64,000 nt of DNA. It comes from the human T2T-CHM13v2.0 reference genome, Homo sapiens. Position 1 is the stretch's first letter, and each line of letters starts with the position of its first letter. The position numbers and the translations under genes are program-made. The notes below the pieces were generated by a model that worked only from the letters and a program-made list of their open reading frames with translations, ran no database searches and had not been told where the DNA came from. The stretch lies in assembly GCF_009914755.1 (NCBI RefSeq), contig NC_060943.1, one strand, 5' to 3'. Positions 44,822 to 57,300 of this stretch are shown in pieces.

Positions 44822-44976
44822 ATGGCTGAACGGGACTGAGGCTGAGCTGGACAAGGACACCTAAGGGCGCAGATTGTGGAGCTGACTTCGGGGAGGCCTG
44901 AATCCCACCACAGCCACTTCCCACTGATTCCAACCAGTCCCTCCCCTCTCTTGGGATGTCCAATTGGCACCCTCAC

Positions 44977-45130
44977 CATTTCTAGGCTTCCAGAAGGTCC
45001 CAGCATCTTAGCTGTGGATCTCCCAATACCGGCAGGACACAGAGCCACAGAGGCTGGGCCTCTAGGAGCAGAGGACACAGAGGACTGAAGACGAGACCTG
45101 GAGCTCCTGCTGCAGCAAGAGACAAAGTCC
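44977..45130 (-). pseudogene. Exon 1 of the KRAB-ZNF pseudogene (5'UTR + MLGPSGSLEM)
   Basis: ATG at 45006-45004; exon ends GAAATG|GTGAGG (donor 44976). Typical ZNF91-family MPGPPGSLEM-type first exon. TSS approximate. Confidence 0.9.
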
Positions 45131-45300
45131 GCGCCAAACCCAGAAGTTGTCCTGTTCTCTCCAGCTGGGTGTCTGATTGGACGGTTTCCAGCTCAGGGTT
45201 CCTGATTGGATAATGCTTAAGGTCCCGCCCCCTCAGGCCTTGAGTGACAGAAGATGTGATCAGGTGCTGGGCTGAGTGAAGAAAGAGCAACAGCCTAAGC
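45130..45300 (-). promoter_or_regulatory. ZNF91-family core promoter: two CCAAT boxes and a GC box
   Basis: ATTGG at 45176-45180 and 45205-45209 (both CCAATCAG on minus), CCCGCCCC at 45224-45231, directly upstream of exon 1. Confidence 0.8.
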
Positions 45301-45710
45301 TGCAGCCTTTTCAGGCAGGGCTTCCTCCCTGAGCTGAGCCAGGCCCACCCCAGAACATGAGAAAATTCTGTCTCTTTTTCACTCTCGGTCTTTTTGAATA
45401 TATTCAAAAGGTGAACAGAAGTACTTTGCTGTCATATTAATAATACATAAAATTTTTGTTCAAGAGAAAATCAACTTTTACTTTGGTAATAGCGTATTAT
45501 CAATACTAAAGCTAATTTTAATAAAACCTTAAAAATAAATCAAATTTGTCATTTTTGACCTCGAGATTTACATATATATTTTGCATTCTCTTGTAATTTT
45601 TTTATCTTTTTATATTTTCTTTTTCTCTACATTCCTTTTATTTTTTTTCTATTTGAAACAACCATTAAGTAATTTCAAACCGTTATAGGAGATAGAAAGA
45701 AATCATTTAG

Positions 45711-45933
45711 GGCCAGATGCAGTGGTGCACACCTGTAATCCCAGCACTTTGGGAGGCCAAGGTGGGCAGATCACTTGAGGTCAGAAGTTCGAGACCAGTC
45801 TAGCCAACGTGGTTAAACCCAATCTCTACTAAAAATGCAAAAAATTAGCCAGGCACGGTGGTGCACACCTGTAGTCCCAGATGCTCCGGAGGCTGAGGCA
45901 GGAGAATCGCTTGAACCCAGGAGGCAGAGGTTG
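45711..45933 (+). mobile_element. AluS truncated by LTR insertion
   Basis: Ends at GAGGTTG; the remainder is absent. Confidence 0.88.
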
Positions 45934-46001
45934 TGTGACAGCCCAAGGGGTTCCCCTTGCCCTTTGCCCAGAGAGAGCTGATTCATCAAGACAGAGGAAT
46001 T
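45934..46001 (-). mobile_element. LTR8-like terminal fragment
   Basis: TGTGACAGCCCAAGGGGTTCCCCTTGCCC...GATTCATCAAGACAG resembles the reverse complement of the LTR8 3' end; truncates an Alu. Confidence 0.6.
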
Positions 46002-46695
46002 TGTGGAGGAAAAATTAAATATTAAATTTGAACTCAATTAAACATGGACACAAAAAATAGACACCAAGTCCTGAAACAGGTTATGTGAGCCCCCTTGAGG
46101 TGTTCATCCTGCACTGTTTTGGAGAAATCTCTATTTCAGTCTATTCCTACACATTAGTTATTGAAAAACAATAGACGATCACAAGAAAACAAGTTGACCT
46201 TTTTGTGTTCCTTGAGCTCAGTCGCAAAGGGCCCTCATGACTGAGCCTCATACCAAACAACTCATTACAAAAAGAGCTAGGGCCCCAGACCACACCGAAG
46301 CTTCAGGAGACCTCTCCTTATCTGTGCAAGGATGGATGACCAACTCTTGAGCCCAAGGTGTTGCTTCCCAGTCTGGTGGTGAATCCTCCATAGTCTGATG
46401 AGTGTGGTGTTCAACTCTGGAGTCCAGCCTGTTGCTTCTTGGTCTGGTGGTGAATCCTCCATAGTCTGGTGTGGAGGCAAAGTTAAATAGCAAATTTAAA
46501 CTATATGAATGTGGACACAAACAGTGGTCACCAAGTCCTGGAACAAGTTGTGTGAGCCTATTGAGGTGTTCATTCAGTGCTGTTTTGGAGAAATCTCTAT
46601 TTCAATGTATTCCTCTACATTCGTTATTGAAATCAATAGACAATCGCAAAAATAAGTTGACCTCCTTGAGCCCAGTTGCGAAGGGCCCTCATGAC
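46002..46695 (+). mobile_element. Two nested 5' portions of the same ERV1 LTR (LTR25-like): 46002-46469 and 46470-46695
   Basis: Both begin TGTGGAGG(A/C)AAA(A/G)TTAAATA and align over ~225 bp; family name and strand from memory. Confidence 0.6.
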
Positions 46696-47165
46696 TGTCA
46701 CACGTGTCCGTGTGAAGAGACCACCAACAGGCTTTGTGTGAGCAATAAGGCTGTTTATTCACTTGGGTGCAAGTGGGCTGAGTCTGAAGAGAGTCAGCGA
46801 ATGGAGATGGGGAAGGGGTTGCTTCATAGGAGTTGGGTAGGTAATGGAAAATTACAGTAAAAGGTGCTTATTATCTATTGTTAGCAGAGGAGGGGGTCAC
46901 AAGGTACATGGTGGGTAGATCATAAGACTCACTGTCCAGAAGAAGAATGTCACAAGGTCGATTGATCAGTTAAGGTAGGGCAGGGACAAGTCACAATGGT
47001 GTAACGGTGTAACGTTGGTTAATCAGTTGAGGCAGGAACTAGCTCTTTTACTTGTTTTGTGTTTTTTCAGCTGCCCCAGATTTCTTGGCTCCTGCAGGCC
47101 ACCTGGATGTGTATGTGCAGGTCACAGGGGTTACAATGGCTGAGCTTTGGCTCAAAGGCCTGACA
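46696..47165 (-). mobile_element. HERV-H 3' LTR (LTR7C-like)
   Basis: Minus strand TGTCAGGCCTTTGAGCC...GGTGGTCTCTTCACACGGACACGTGTGACA, preceded by purine tract AAAAAGACAGGAA. Confidence 0.88.
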
Positions 47166-48342
47166 TTCCTGTCTTTTTATTTATAAAATATAAAGTTACA
47201 AGATAAGATAAAGAAAATGTAAGTTTTTACTGAGGATAATTGGGGTAGGGGTGAAGTTTCTCAGGGCTGCTTCAGGCATGACTTAGGGGTGGTGTGAACA
47301 CCTAAAGAAAATGTAATTTTATAGTGAGTTGGTCTAGAAAGTTTTTGGGTACAATTCTGTGTGGCAAACAAGGCATCAGCTAGCATATTTTTGAGCTTGG
47401 AATTGTCCTAATATAGTAAATTCTCTAAAAAATCGTAATTAAGCATAATAGCTTTAAGGTAGGTGGCAGTGAGTTTTTAGGCCAAGGTAAGAATAATGTT
47501 TTATATAGTAAAGCTTTTTGTCTCCATTTTCCATCCTACAAATAGGATCCCTAGAGTGAAGCCAAAAGTCTATTATATTACCTTTTTCCTAAAGGTGTGA
47601 GTGGAGTTTTGAATGGAAGAGTTCAATAGTCCTGATTGCAGACCTTATACAGGAAAGATAATAAGTACAATAGTCCCTGTATCCTGGAATAAGTTGGGGC
47701 TGGCAAAGAGAGAAATGTCCTAGGCCTTCTAACAACCAACGACAGACCATATGTTGTCCTGGATGTTCACCTGAATGCCAGATATGTGGAACTAGTCCTG
47801 TATATGCATATTGCTGGTAATTTTTATATGAGTAGGCCTGAGGACACCATGGGTGAGGATTTGACACCTGTCAATCCAGGCATTTTAGATTTTTAATCCA
47901 GAGATCTTTGATTTTGGGGGTGGGGAAAATCTTGGAGGACAAGGCCTGAAGAAAGTTGTTTTTAGAGACAACAGGTCCTAAGAGATTAGCGTTTAGAGGA
48001 CTGGGTGAAGCAGGCCTGGAAGTATGTTTGGACAGCCATTTGGAAGGGGTGTTGCATGGAAGCTTGGTCTTGTCTGGATGCTGCCAGGAGTTCATCATTG
48101 ACTTAGTCTTAAAGGTGAGAAGGTGAGAAGGAGTATAAAGATGAGAAGGAGTGAGAAGGAGTATAATAGGTGAGAAGGTGAGAAGGAGTATAACAGGATG
48201 AGGAATAGAAGTTTAGGCTGTGGGGCGATTTTAGGGTACATGATAGTACTGTGGGGTTGTTAGAAGCAGCAACTGCCATATGGAATGATTGGTGATGGCC
48301 TGGATGCAGTTTTGTATGAATTGAGAGACTAAACGAAAGACC
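47166..48342 (-). mobile_element. HERV-H internal 3' region (env tail), truncated by the satellite
   Basis: Minus strand GTCTCTCAATTCATACAAAACTGCATCCAGGCCATCACCAATCATTC matches the HERV-H env 3' end. Confidence 0.8.
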
Positions 48343-51300
48343 TTTCACTGTCACACACTCATTTTCACAGTAAGAACCTGTTTGCTGTCATCCAATCATT
48401 CACAACAGTGGGAACAAGTTCACTGTCACCCACTTGTTTACAGCAGTAAAAACCTGTTCACTGTCAGCCATGCAGTCACCACATTGGTAACCTGTTACTG
48501 TTAAACACTCATTCAACATATTGGGAACCATTTCACTATCACAAACACATTCAACACCCTGAGAACCTGTTCACTGTCACTTACTCATTCACCACAGTGA
48601 GTACCTGTTCACTGTTACCCACTCATTCACCACAGTGGGAACCTCTTCACTGTCAGCCACTCACTCATCATAGAGGAAACCTGTTCACTGTCATCCACTC
48701 TTTCACCACAGTGGATACCTGTTCACTGTCACCCACAAATTCACAACAGTGGGAATCTGTTCACTGTCAGACACTCATTCATCACAATGGGAACCTATTC
48801 ACTCTCACCCACTCATTCATCTCAGTGGAAACCTGTTCACTGTCAGCCACTCACTCATCACAGTGGGAAACTCTTCACTGTCACCCACTCATTCACCACA
48901 GTGGGAACGTGTTCACTGTCATTCACTCATTCATCACAGTGGTAATGTGTTCACTGTCACCCATCCCATCATTACAGCAGGAACCTGATCACTGTCATCT
49001 ACTCATTCATCACAGTGGGAACCAATTCACTGTCAGCCACTAATTCACCACATTGGTAACCTGTTTCCTGTCAGCCACTCATTCACCACAGTGGGAACCA
49101 GTTCACTGTCATCCCCTCATTTACAGCAGTAGAAACCTGTTCACTATCAGCCACTCAGTCAGAACAGTGTGAACCAGTTTACTGTCAGCCACACCCTCAT
49201 CAGACTGGGAACTTGTTCACCCTAACCCACTCATTTATCACAGTGGGAACCTGTTCACTATCACCCACTCATTCACCACAGTTGGAACCTCTTCTCTGTC
49301 ACCCACTCACACATCACAGTGGGAAGCTGTTCATTGTCGACCACCCCTTCATTGCAAGAGGAACATTTAACTGTCACCCACTCATTCTTCACAGTGAGAA
49401 CCAGTTTACTGTCACCTGATCATTCACCATAGTGAGAACCAGTTAACTGTCACCCACTCATTTGCTGCAGTAAAAACCGGTTCACTATCAGCCACTCAGT
49501 CACCACATTGGGAAACTCTTTACTGTAAATTACTCATTCACTGCAGTGGGACCCAGTTCACTTTCACCCACACATTCATCACAGTGAGAACCTCTTCACA
49601 GTCACCCACTCACTCAACATAGGGGGTACCTGTTCACTGTCTTCCACTCATTCATCACAGTGGGAACCTGTTCACTGTCCCCCACATATTCATTACATTC
49701 TGGGAACCTGTTCACTATCACCCACTCATTCATCACAGTGTGAACATGTTCACTGTTGCCCACTTACTCACCACACTGGGAACTTGTTCACTGTCACCCA
49801 CTCAATCATCAAAGTTGGAACCTGTTCACTTTCACTGACAAATTCACCACAGTGGGAACCAGTTCACTCCCACACACTTATTCACCACAGTGGGAACCTG
49901 ACCACTGTCACCCACTCATTTATCAAATTGGGAACCTGCTAACTGTCACCCACTCATTCATTACAGGAGGAACCTGTACACTGTCACCCACTTATTCATT
50001 ACAGGAGGAACCTGTACACTGTCACCCACTCAGTCTACACAGTGGGAATCTGTTCATTATCAACCACTCATTCACAACTGTGGAAACCTGTTCACGGTCA
50101 CCCACTCGTTCACCTCAGTAGAAACCTGTTCACTGTCACCACTCACTCACTCACTACAATGAAAACCTGTTGTCAGCCACTCATTCATCAGAGTGGGTAC
50201 CTGTCACTGTAACCCACTCATTCATTACTGGAGGAACCTGATCACTGTCACTCACTCATTCACCACAGTGAAAATCTCTTCACTGTCAGCCACTCATTCA
50301 TCACAGTGGGATCCTGTTCACTGTCACCCACTCTGTCCTCACAGTGGGAATATGTACACTGTCACCAACTCACTCATCACTGTGGGAACCTGTTCACTCT
50401 CACCCACTCATTTACCTCAGTGGGAACCTGTTCATTGTCACCCACTCAATCATCACAGTGGGAACTTTTTCACTGTCATCCACTCACTCTTCACAGAGGG
50501 AACCTGTTCACAGTCAGCCACTCACTAAAAACACTGGGAACCTGTTCACTGTCACCAACTCACTCATCACAGTGTGAACCTTTTCCCTGTCACTCACTCA
50601 TTCATCACATTCAAAACCTGTTCACTGTCACCCACTCATTCATCACAGTGAGAACCTGTTCACTGTCACCCACACAGTCCTCACAGTGGGAACCTATTCA
50701 TTGTCACCCACTCATTCATTACAATGGGAACCCGTTGTAATTCACTCTCACCCACTCATTTACCCCAGTGGGAGCCTGTTCAGGGTCACCCACTCACTCA
50801 TCACAGTGTGAACCTGTTCACTTTCACCCACTCCTTTCTCACAGTGGGAACCTGCTCACTGTCACCCACTAATTCATCATAGTGGGAACCCGTTCACTGT
50901 CACCTACTCACTCATCATAGTGGGAAAAAGGACACTTTTACACAAACATTCACTACAGTAGGAACCTGTTCACTATCAACAACTCACTCATCACTGTGGG
51001 AACCTGTTCACTCTGACCCACTCATCCATCACAGAGGTAGCCTATTTGCTGTCACCCACTCATTCATCACAGTGAGAACCAGTTCACTCTCACTCTCTCA
51101 TTCACCAAAGTGAGAACATCATCACTGTCACCCACTCACTCATCTCAGTGGGAACCTGTTCACTGTCAGCCACTCATTCCTCACAGTAGGTACCTGTTCA
51201 CTGTCACCCAATAATTCATTACAGGAGGAACCTGATCACTGTCACTTATGCGTTCACCACTATAGAAACCTGTTCACTGTCACACACTCATTCACCCCAG

Positions 51301-54300
51301 TGGGAACATGGTCACTGTCAGCCACTCATTCACCATTCTGGGAACCCGTTCACTGTCACCCACTCACTCACCCAGGGGGAACCTGTTCACTGTCGCACAC
51401 TTCCTCATCACAGTGGGAAACTGTTAACTGTCAGCCACTCATTCATCATAGTTGGAACCTGTTCAATGTCAGCCACTCATTCACCACAGTGGGAACCTGT
51501 TCACTCTCACAAACTCACTCACCAGAGCAGTAACCTGTTTACTGTCAGCCACTCATTCACCACAACAGGAACCTGTTCACTCTCACCCAATTACTCATCA
51601 CAGTAGGAACCTATTCACTGTCACCCACTCATTCATCACAGACGGAACCTGTTCACTCTCAACCACTCCTTCACCACCTTGGGAACCTGTTCAATGTCAC
51701 CCACTCATCATCAGAGTGTGAACTTGTTAACTGTCAGCCACACATTCCCCATAGTGGGAACCAGTTCACTTTCATTCAGTCGTTCACGGCAGTAGAAACC
51801 TGTTCACTGTCACCCACTTATTTATCACTGTGGGATCCTGTTCACTGTCAGACACTGATTCATCACAGTAGGTAACTGTTCACTGTCATTCACTCATTCA
51901 TTACAGGAGGAACGTGATCACCATCCACCACTGGTTCACGACAGTAGAAACCTGTTAACTCTCACCCACTCATTCACCACAGTGGAAACCTGTTCACTGT
52001 CAGCCACTCATTTACCATAGTGGAAACCTGTTCCCTGTCACCCTGTCACTCACCACATTAGGAAGCGGTTCACTGTCACCCACTCAGTCATCACAGTGGG
52101 AACCTGTTTACTGTCACCCACTCAATCATCACAGTGGAAACCTGTTCACTCTCACCCAACCATTAACCACAGTGGGAACCTGCTCACTGTCACGCACTAA
52201 TTTATCACTGTTCACTATCACACACACATTCACCGGAGTAGAAACTTGTCCCGTCACCCACTCACTCATCACAATGTGAACATGTTCACTGTTAGCCACC
52301 CATTCATCACAATGGGTACATGTTCACTGTCACCCACTCTTTCATTACAGGAGAAACCTGATCACTCTCATGCACTCATTTACCACAGTAGAAACCTGTT
52401 CACTGTCACTCAATCACTCACCACAGTGGAAATCTGTTCACTGTCAGCCACTCATTCATCACTGTGGGAACCTGTTTACTATCAGCTACTCTACCACCAC
52501 AGTGGGAAACTGTTCACTGTCACCCACTCACTAGTCACAGTGAAAACCCGTTAACTGTCATTCACTCACTCATCACAGTAGGAAACTGTTCACTGTCAGC
52601 CACTCATTAACCACAGTGGGAACTTGTTCACTGTCACGTAATAAATCATCACAGTGCGAAACTCTTCACTCTCACAAACTCATTCACCACAGTGGAAACC
52701 TGTTCACTGTCACACACTCGTTCATCACAGTGGGAACCTGTTTACTGTCACCCACTCATTCATTACAGGAGGAGCCTCTTCACTGTCAGCCCCTCATTCA
52801 TCACATTGGGAAGCTATTCACTGTCAGCCACTCACTCACCATAGTGGGAACCTTTTTAATGTCACCAACATGTTCTCCGCAGTAGAAACCTGTTCACTGT
52901 TACTCATTTACTCATCACAGTGGGAACATGTTCACTGTCATACCCTTATTCATCGCAGAGGAAAGCTGTTCACTATCAGGCACTCATTCACCAGAGTAGA
53001 AACCTATTGACTCACTCACACACTCATCACAGTGAGAACTTGTTCATTGTCAGCCACTCATACATGACAGTGGACAGCTGTTCACTGTCACACACTCATT
53101 CACTACAGGAGGTACCCCATTACTGTCACCCACTCATTCACCACAGTAGAAACCGGTTCACTGGCACCCATTCATTCACCACAGTGGGAAACTGTTCACT
53201 CTCAACCACTCATTTATTACAGTGGGAAACTCTTCACTGTCAACCACTCATTCAGCACAGTGGGAAACTGTTCACTGTCACCCACTTATTCACCACAGTA
53301 AGACCCTGTTCACTGTCACACACGCATTCATCATAGTACAAGCCTGTTCCCTGTCACCCACTCATTCATCTAAGTTGGGACCTCTTTACTCCAACCCTCA
53401 CATTCACCACAGTGGGAACCTGTTCACTGTCACACACTCATTAATCACAGTGGAAACCTGTTCATTGTCACGCACTCATTTATTACAGGAGAAATTGGTT
53501 CATTGTCACCCACTTATTCATCACAGTGGGAACTTGTTCATGTTAGCCACTGATTCACAACAGTGGGAAACTGTTCACTGTCACCCACTCGTTCACTGCA
53601 GTAGAAAACTTTCCACTGTCACCCACTCATTCATCACAGTGGGAAACTCTTCACTGTCAGCCACTTATTCACCACAGTGGAAACCTGTTCACTGTCACCC
53701 ATGCATTCACTGCAGTATAAAACTGTCCACTGTCACCCACTCACTCATCACAGTGTGAAAATGTTCACTGTCAGCCAGTCATTCATCACAGTGGGTACCT
53801 GTTCACTGTCACCCACTCATTCATTACAGGATAAATCTGATAACTCTCACCCACTCATTCACCCCAGTAGAAATCTGTTCACTGTCATCCACTCATTCAA
53901 CACAGTGGGAACCTGTTCACTGTCAGTCATTCATTCATCGCAGTGGGATCCTGTTAACTGTGAGCCACTCATTCACCACAGTGGGAACCAGTTCAGTGTC
54001 AGCCACTCATTCAACACAGTGGGACCCTGTTCACTGTCACCCACGCATTCATCACAGTGGAAGCCTGTTCACTGTCACCCACTCATTCATTACAGGAGGA
54101 ACCTATTCACTGTCACCCGCTCTGTCTTTAAAGTGGAAACCTCTTCACTATAATCCACACATTCACCACAGTGGTAACCTGCTCACTGTTACCCACTTAT
54201 TCTTTACAGGAGGAACCTGTTCACCTTCAGCCACTCGTTTTCACAGTGGGAACATGTTCACTGTCAGCCAGTCATTCACCAAGTTGGGAACCAGTTTACT

Positions 54301-57300
54301 GACACCCACTCATTTGCCACAGTAGAAACCTGTTCACTGTCAGCCTCTCAGTCACCACATTAAGAACCTGCTTACAGTCAGCAACTCACTCATCACAGTG
54401 GGAACCTGTTCACTGTCACCCACTCATTTCTCACACTGGGAGCGTGTTCATTGTCAGTCACACATTTACCACAGTGGTTACCTCTTCTCTCTCAGCCACT
54501 TATTCACCACAGTGAAAACCTGTTCACTATCACCCACTCACTCTTCACAATGGGAACCTGTTCACTGTCACCCACTCACTCATCACAGAGGGAACGTCTT
54601 CACTGTTACCCACTTATTCACCACAGTGGGAACCTGTTCACTCTCAGCCGCTCCCTCATTACATTGGGAATCTGTTGGATGTAACCAACTTATTCATTAC
54701 AGGAGGAATCTATTAACTGTCACCCACTCATTCATCACAGAGGAAACCTGCTTACTGTCACCCATTCATTCATCACACTGGCAACCTATTCATTGTCACC
54801 ACTCACTCATCACAGTGGGAACCTGTTCAATGTCATCCACTCATTCATCACAGTGGAAACGTCTTCACAGTCACCCAATAATTCATTACAGGAGGAATTT
54901 GTTCACTGTCACTCGCTCATTCTTCACAGTTTGAAACTTTTCACTGTCTCTCCTTTTTCATCACACTAGGAAACTGTTCACTGTCAGTTACTAATTCACC
55001 ACAGTGGGAAACTGTTCCCTGTCAGGCACTCACTCACCACAGTGCTATCCTGTTCAGTGTCACCCACTCACTCATCACAGTGGGAACCTGTTCACTGGCA
55101 CCCAATCATTCATCACAGTGTGAACCTGTACACTCTCATCCACTCATTCCTGACAGTTGGAACCTGTTGACTGTTACACACTCATCACAGTTGGAACCTG
55201 TTCGCTCTCACCCACTCACCACAGTGGAAACCTGTTCACTCTCACCCACTAACTTATCACAGTAGGAAGCTGTTCACTTGAACCCAATCATTCATCACAG
55301 TGGGGACCTTTTCACTCCCAGTCATTTATGACAGTGGGAACCTGTTCACTGTCACCAATGCATTCATTACAGTGGGAACTTATTCCTGTCACCCACTCAT
55401 TCCTTACAGGAGAAACTTCTTCACTGTTACCCACTCATTCATTACAGTGGGAACCTGTTCACTGTCAGCCACTCTTTCACCACAGTGGGAAACTGTTCAC
55501 TGTCACCCACTCATTCACCACAGTAGAAATCTGCTCACTGTCACTTACTCACTCATCAAGTGAGAACCTGTTCACTGTCACCCACCCATTCACCACAGTA
55601 GAAACCTGCTCACTGTCACTTACTCATCAGGCGAGAACCTGTTCACTGTCCCCCACTCATTCATCACAGTGGGTACCTGTTCATTGTCACCCATTCATTC
55701 ATTATGGGAGGAACCTGATCCTGTCAACCACTCATTAATCACAGTAGAAGCCAGTTCACTGTCACCAACTCACTCACCACAGTGGGAACCTGTTCACTGT
55801 CAGCCACTCATTCATCACAGTGGGAAACAGTTCTCTTTCAGCCACTCAATCACCACAGTGAGAACAATTTCACTGTCACCCCCTCATTCACAGCATTAAA
55901 AACTTGTTCACTATCAGCCAGTCTGTCACCAGAGTGGGAACTTGTCTACTGTCAGCGACTCACTCATCACAGTGGGAACCCACTCACTGTCACTCACTTA
56001 TTAATCACAGTGGGAACCTGTTCAATGTCACCCACTTATTCATCAGAGGGGAACCTGTTCACTTTCACTTAATCATTACAGAAGGAACCTGTTCACTGAC
56101 ACCAACACATTCATCACAGTGGAACCTGTTCACTGTCACCCACTCACTCCCCAACGTGGTTACCTCTTCACAGTCACCCACTCAATCATTACATTGGGAT
56201 TCTGTTTACTGTCACCCATTCATTCATTGAAAAAAGAACCTGTTCACTGTCAGCCGCTCATTCATCACAGTGGGAACCCGTTCACTGTCAGGCACTCATT
56301 CACCAAAGTTAACCGTTTCCCTGTCACCCACTCGTTCTCCGAAACAGAAATTTGTTCCCTGTCACCCACTCACTCATCCCAGGGAGAACCTGTTCACAGA
56401 CAGCCACTCATTCCTCCTAGTGGGTACCTCTTCACTGTCACCCACTCATTCATTACAGGAGGAACCTGATAACTGTCACTGACCTGTTCACTAGAGTAGG
56501 AACCTTTTCACAGTCAGTCACTCATTCATCATAGTGGGAACCTGTTTTCCATCAGCCACTCACTCACCACAGCAGGAACCATTTCACTGTCACCTACTCA
56601 TTCATCGCTGTAGAAACCTTTTCACTGTCAGCCACGCAGTCATCAGAGTGGAATCTGTTTACTGTCAGTCACTTAGTCATCACAGTGGGAACCTGTTCAT
56701 TGTCATTCACTCATTCATCACTGTGGGAACCTGTTGAATGTCACCCATTCATTCTCCACAGTGGGAACCACAACACTGCCATCCACTCATTAATCACATT
56801 GAGAACCTGTTCACTGTCACCAAGTCATTCATTACAGGAGGAACCTGTTCACTGTCACCCGCTAATTCTTCACAGTGAAAACCAATTCCATATCACACAC
56901 TCACTCACCGCAGTGGGAGTCTCTTCAGTGTCACCCATTCACTTATCAAAGTGGGAACCTCTTCACTCTTACCCACTCATTTACCACGGTGAGAACCTGT
57001 TCATTGTCACCCACTCATTCATCACAGTGGGATCCTGTTCACTGTCACCCACCCATTCATTACGGGAAGAGCCTGTTCACTGTCACTTATTCATTCATCA
57101 GAGTGGGAAACTGTTCACTGTCAGCAACTCATTCATTACAGTGGGAACATGTTCACTCTCACCCACTCATTCACTACAGCAGAAACCTGTTCAGTTACCT
57201 TCTCACTCATCCCAGTGGAAATGTCTTCATTGTCAGCCACTCATTCATCACAGTGGATACCTGTTCACAGTCACCTTCTCCTTCATTACAAGAGAAACCT

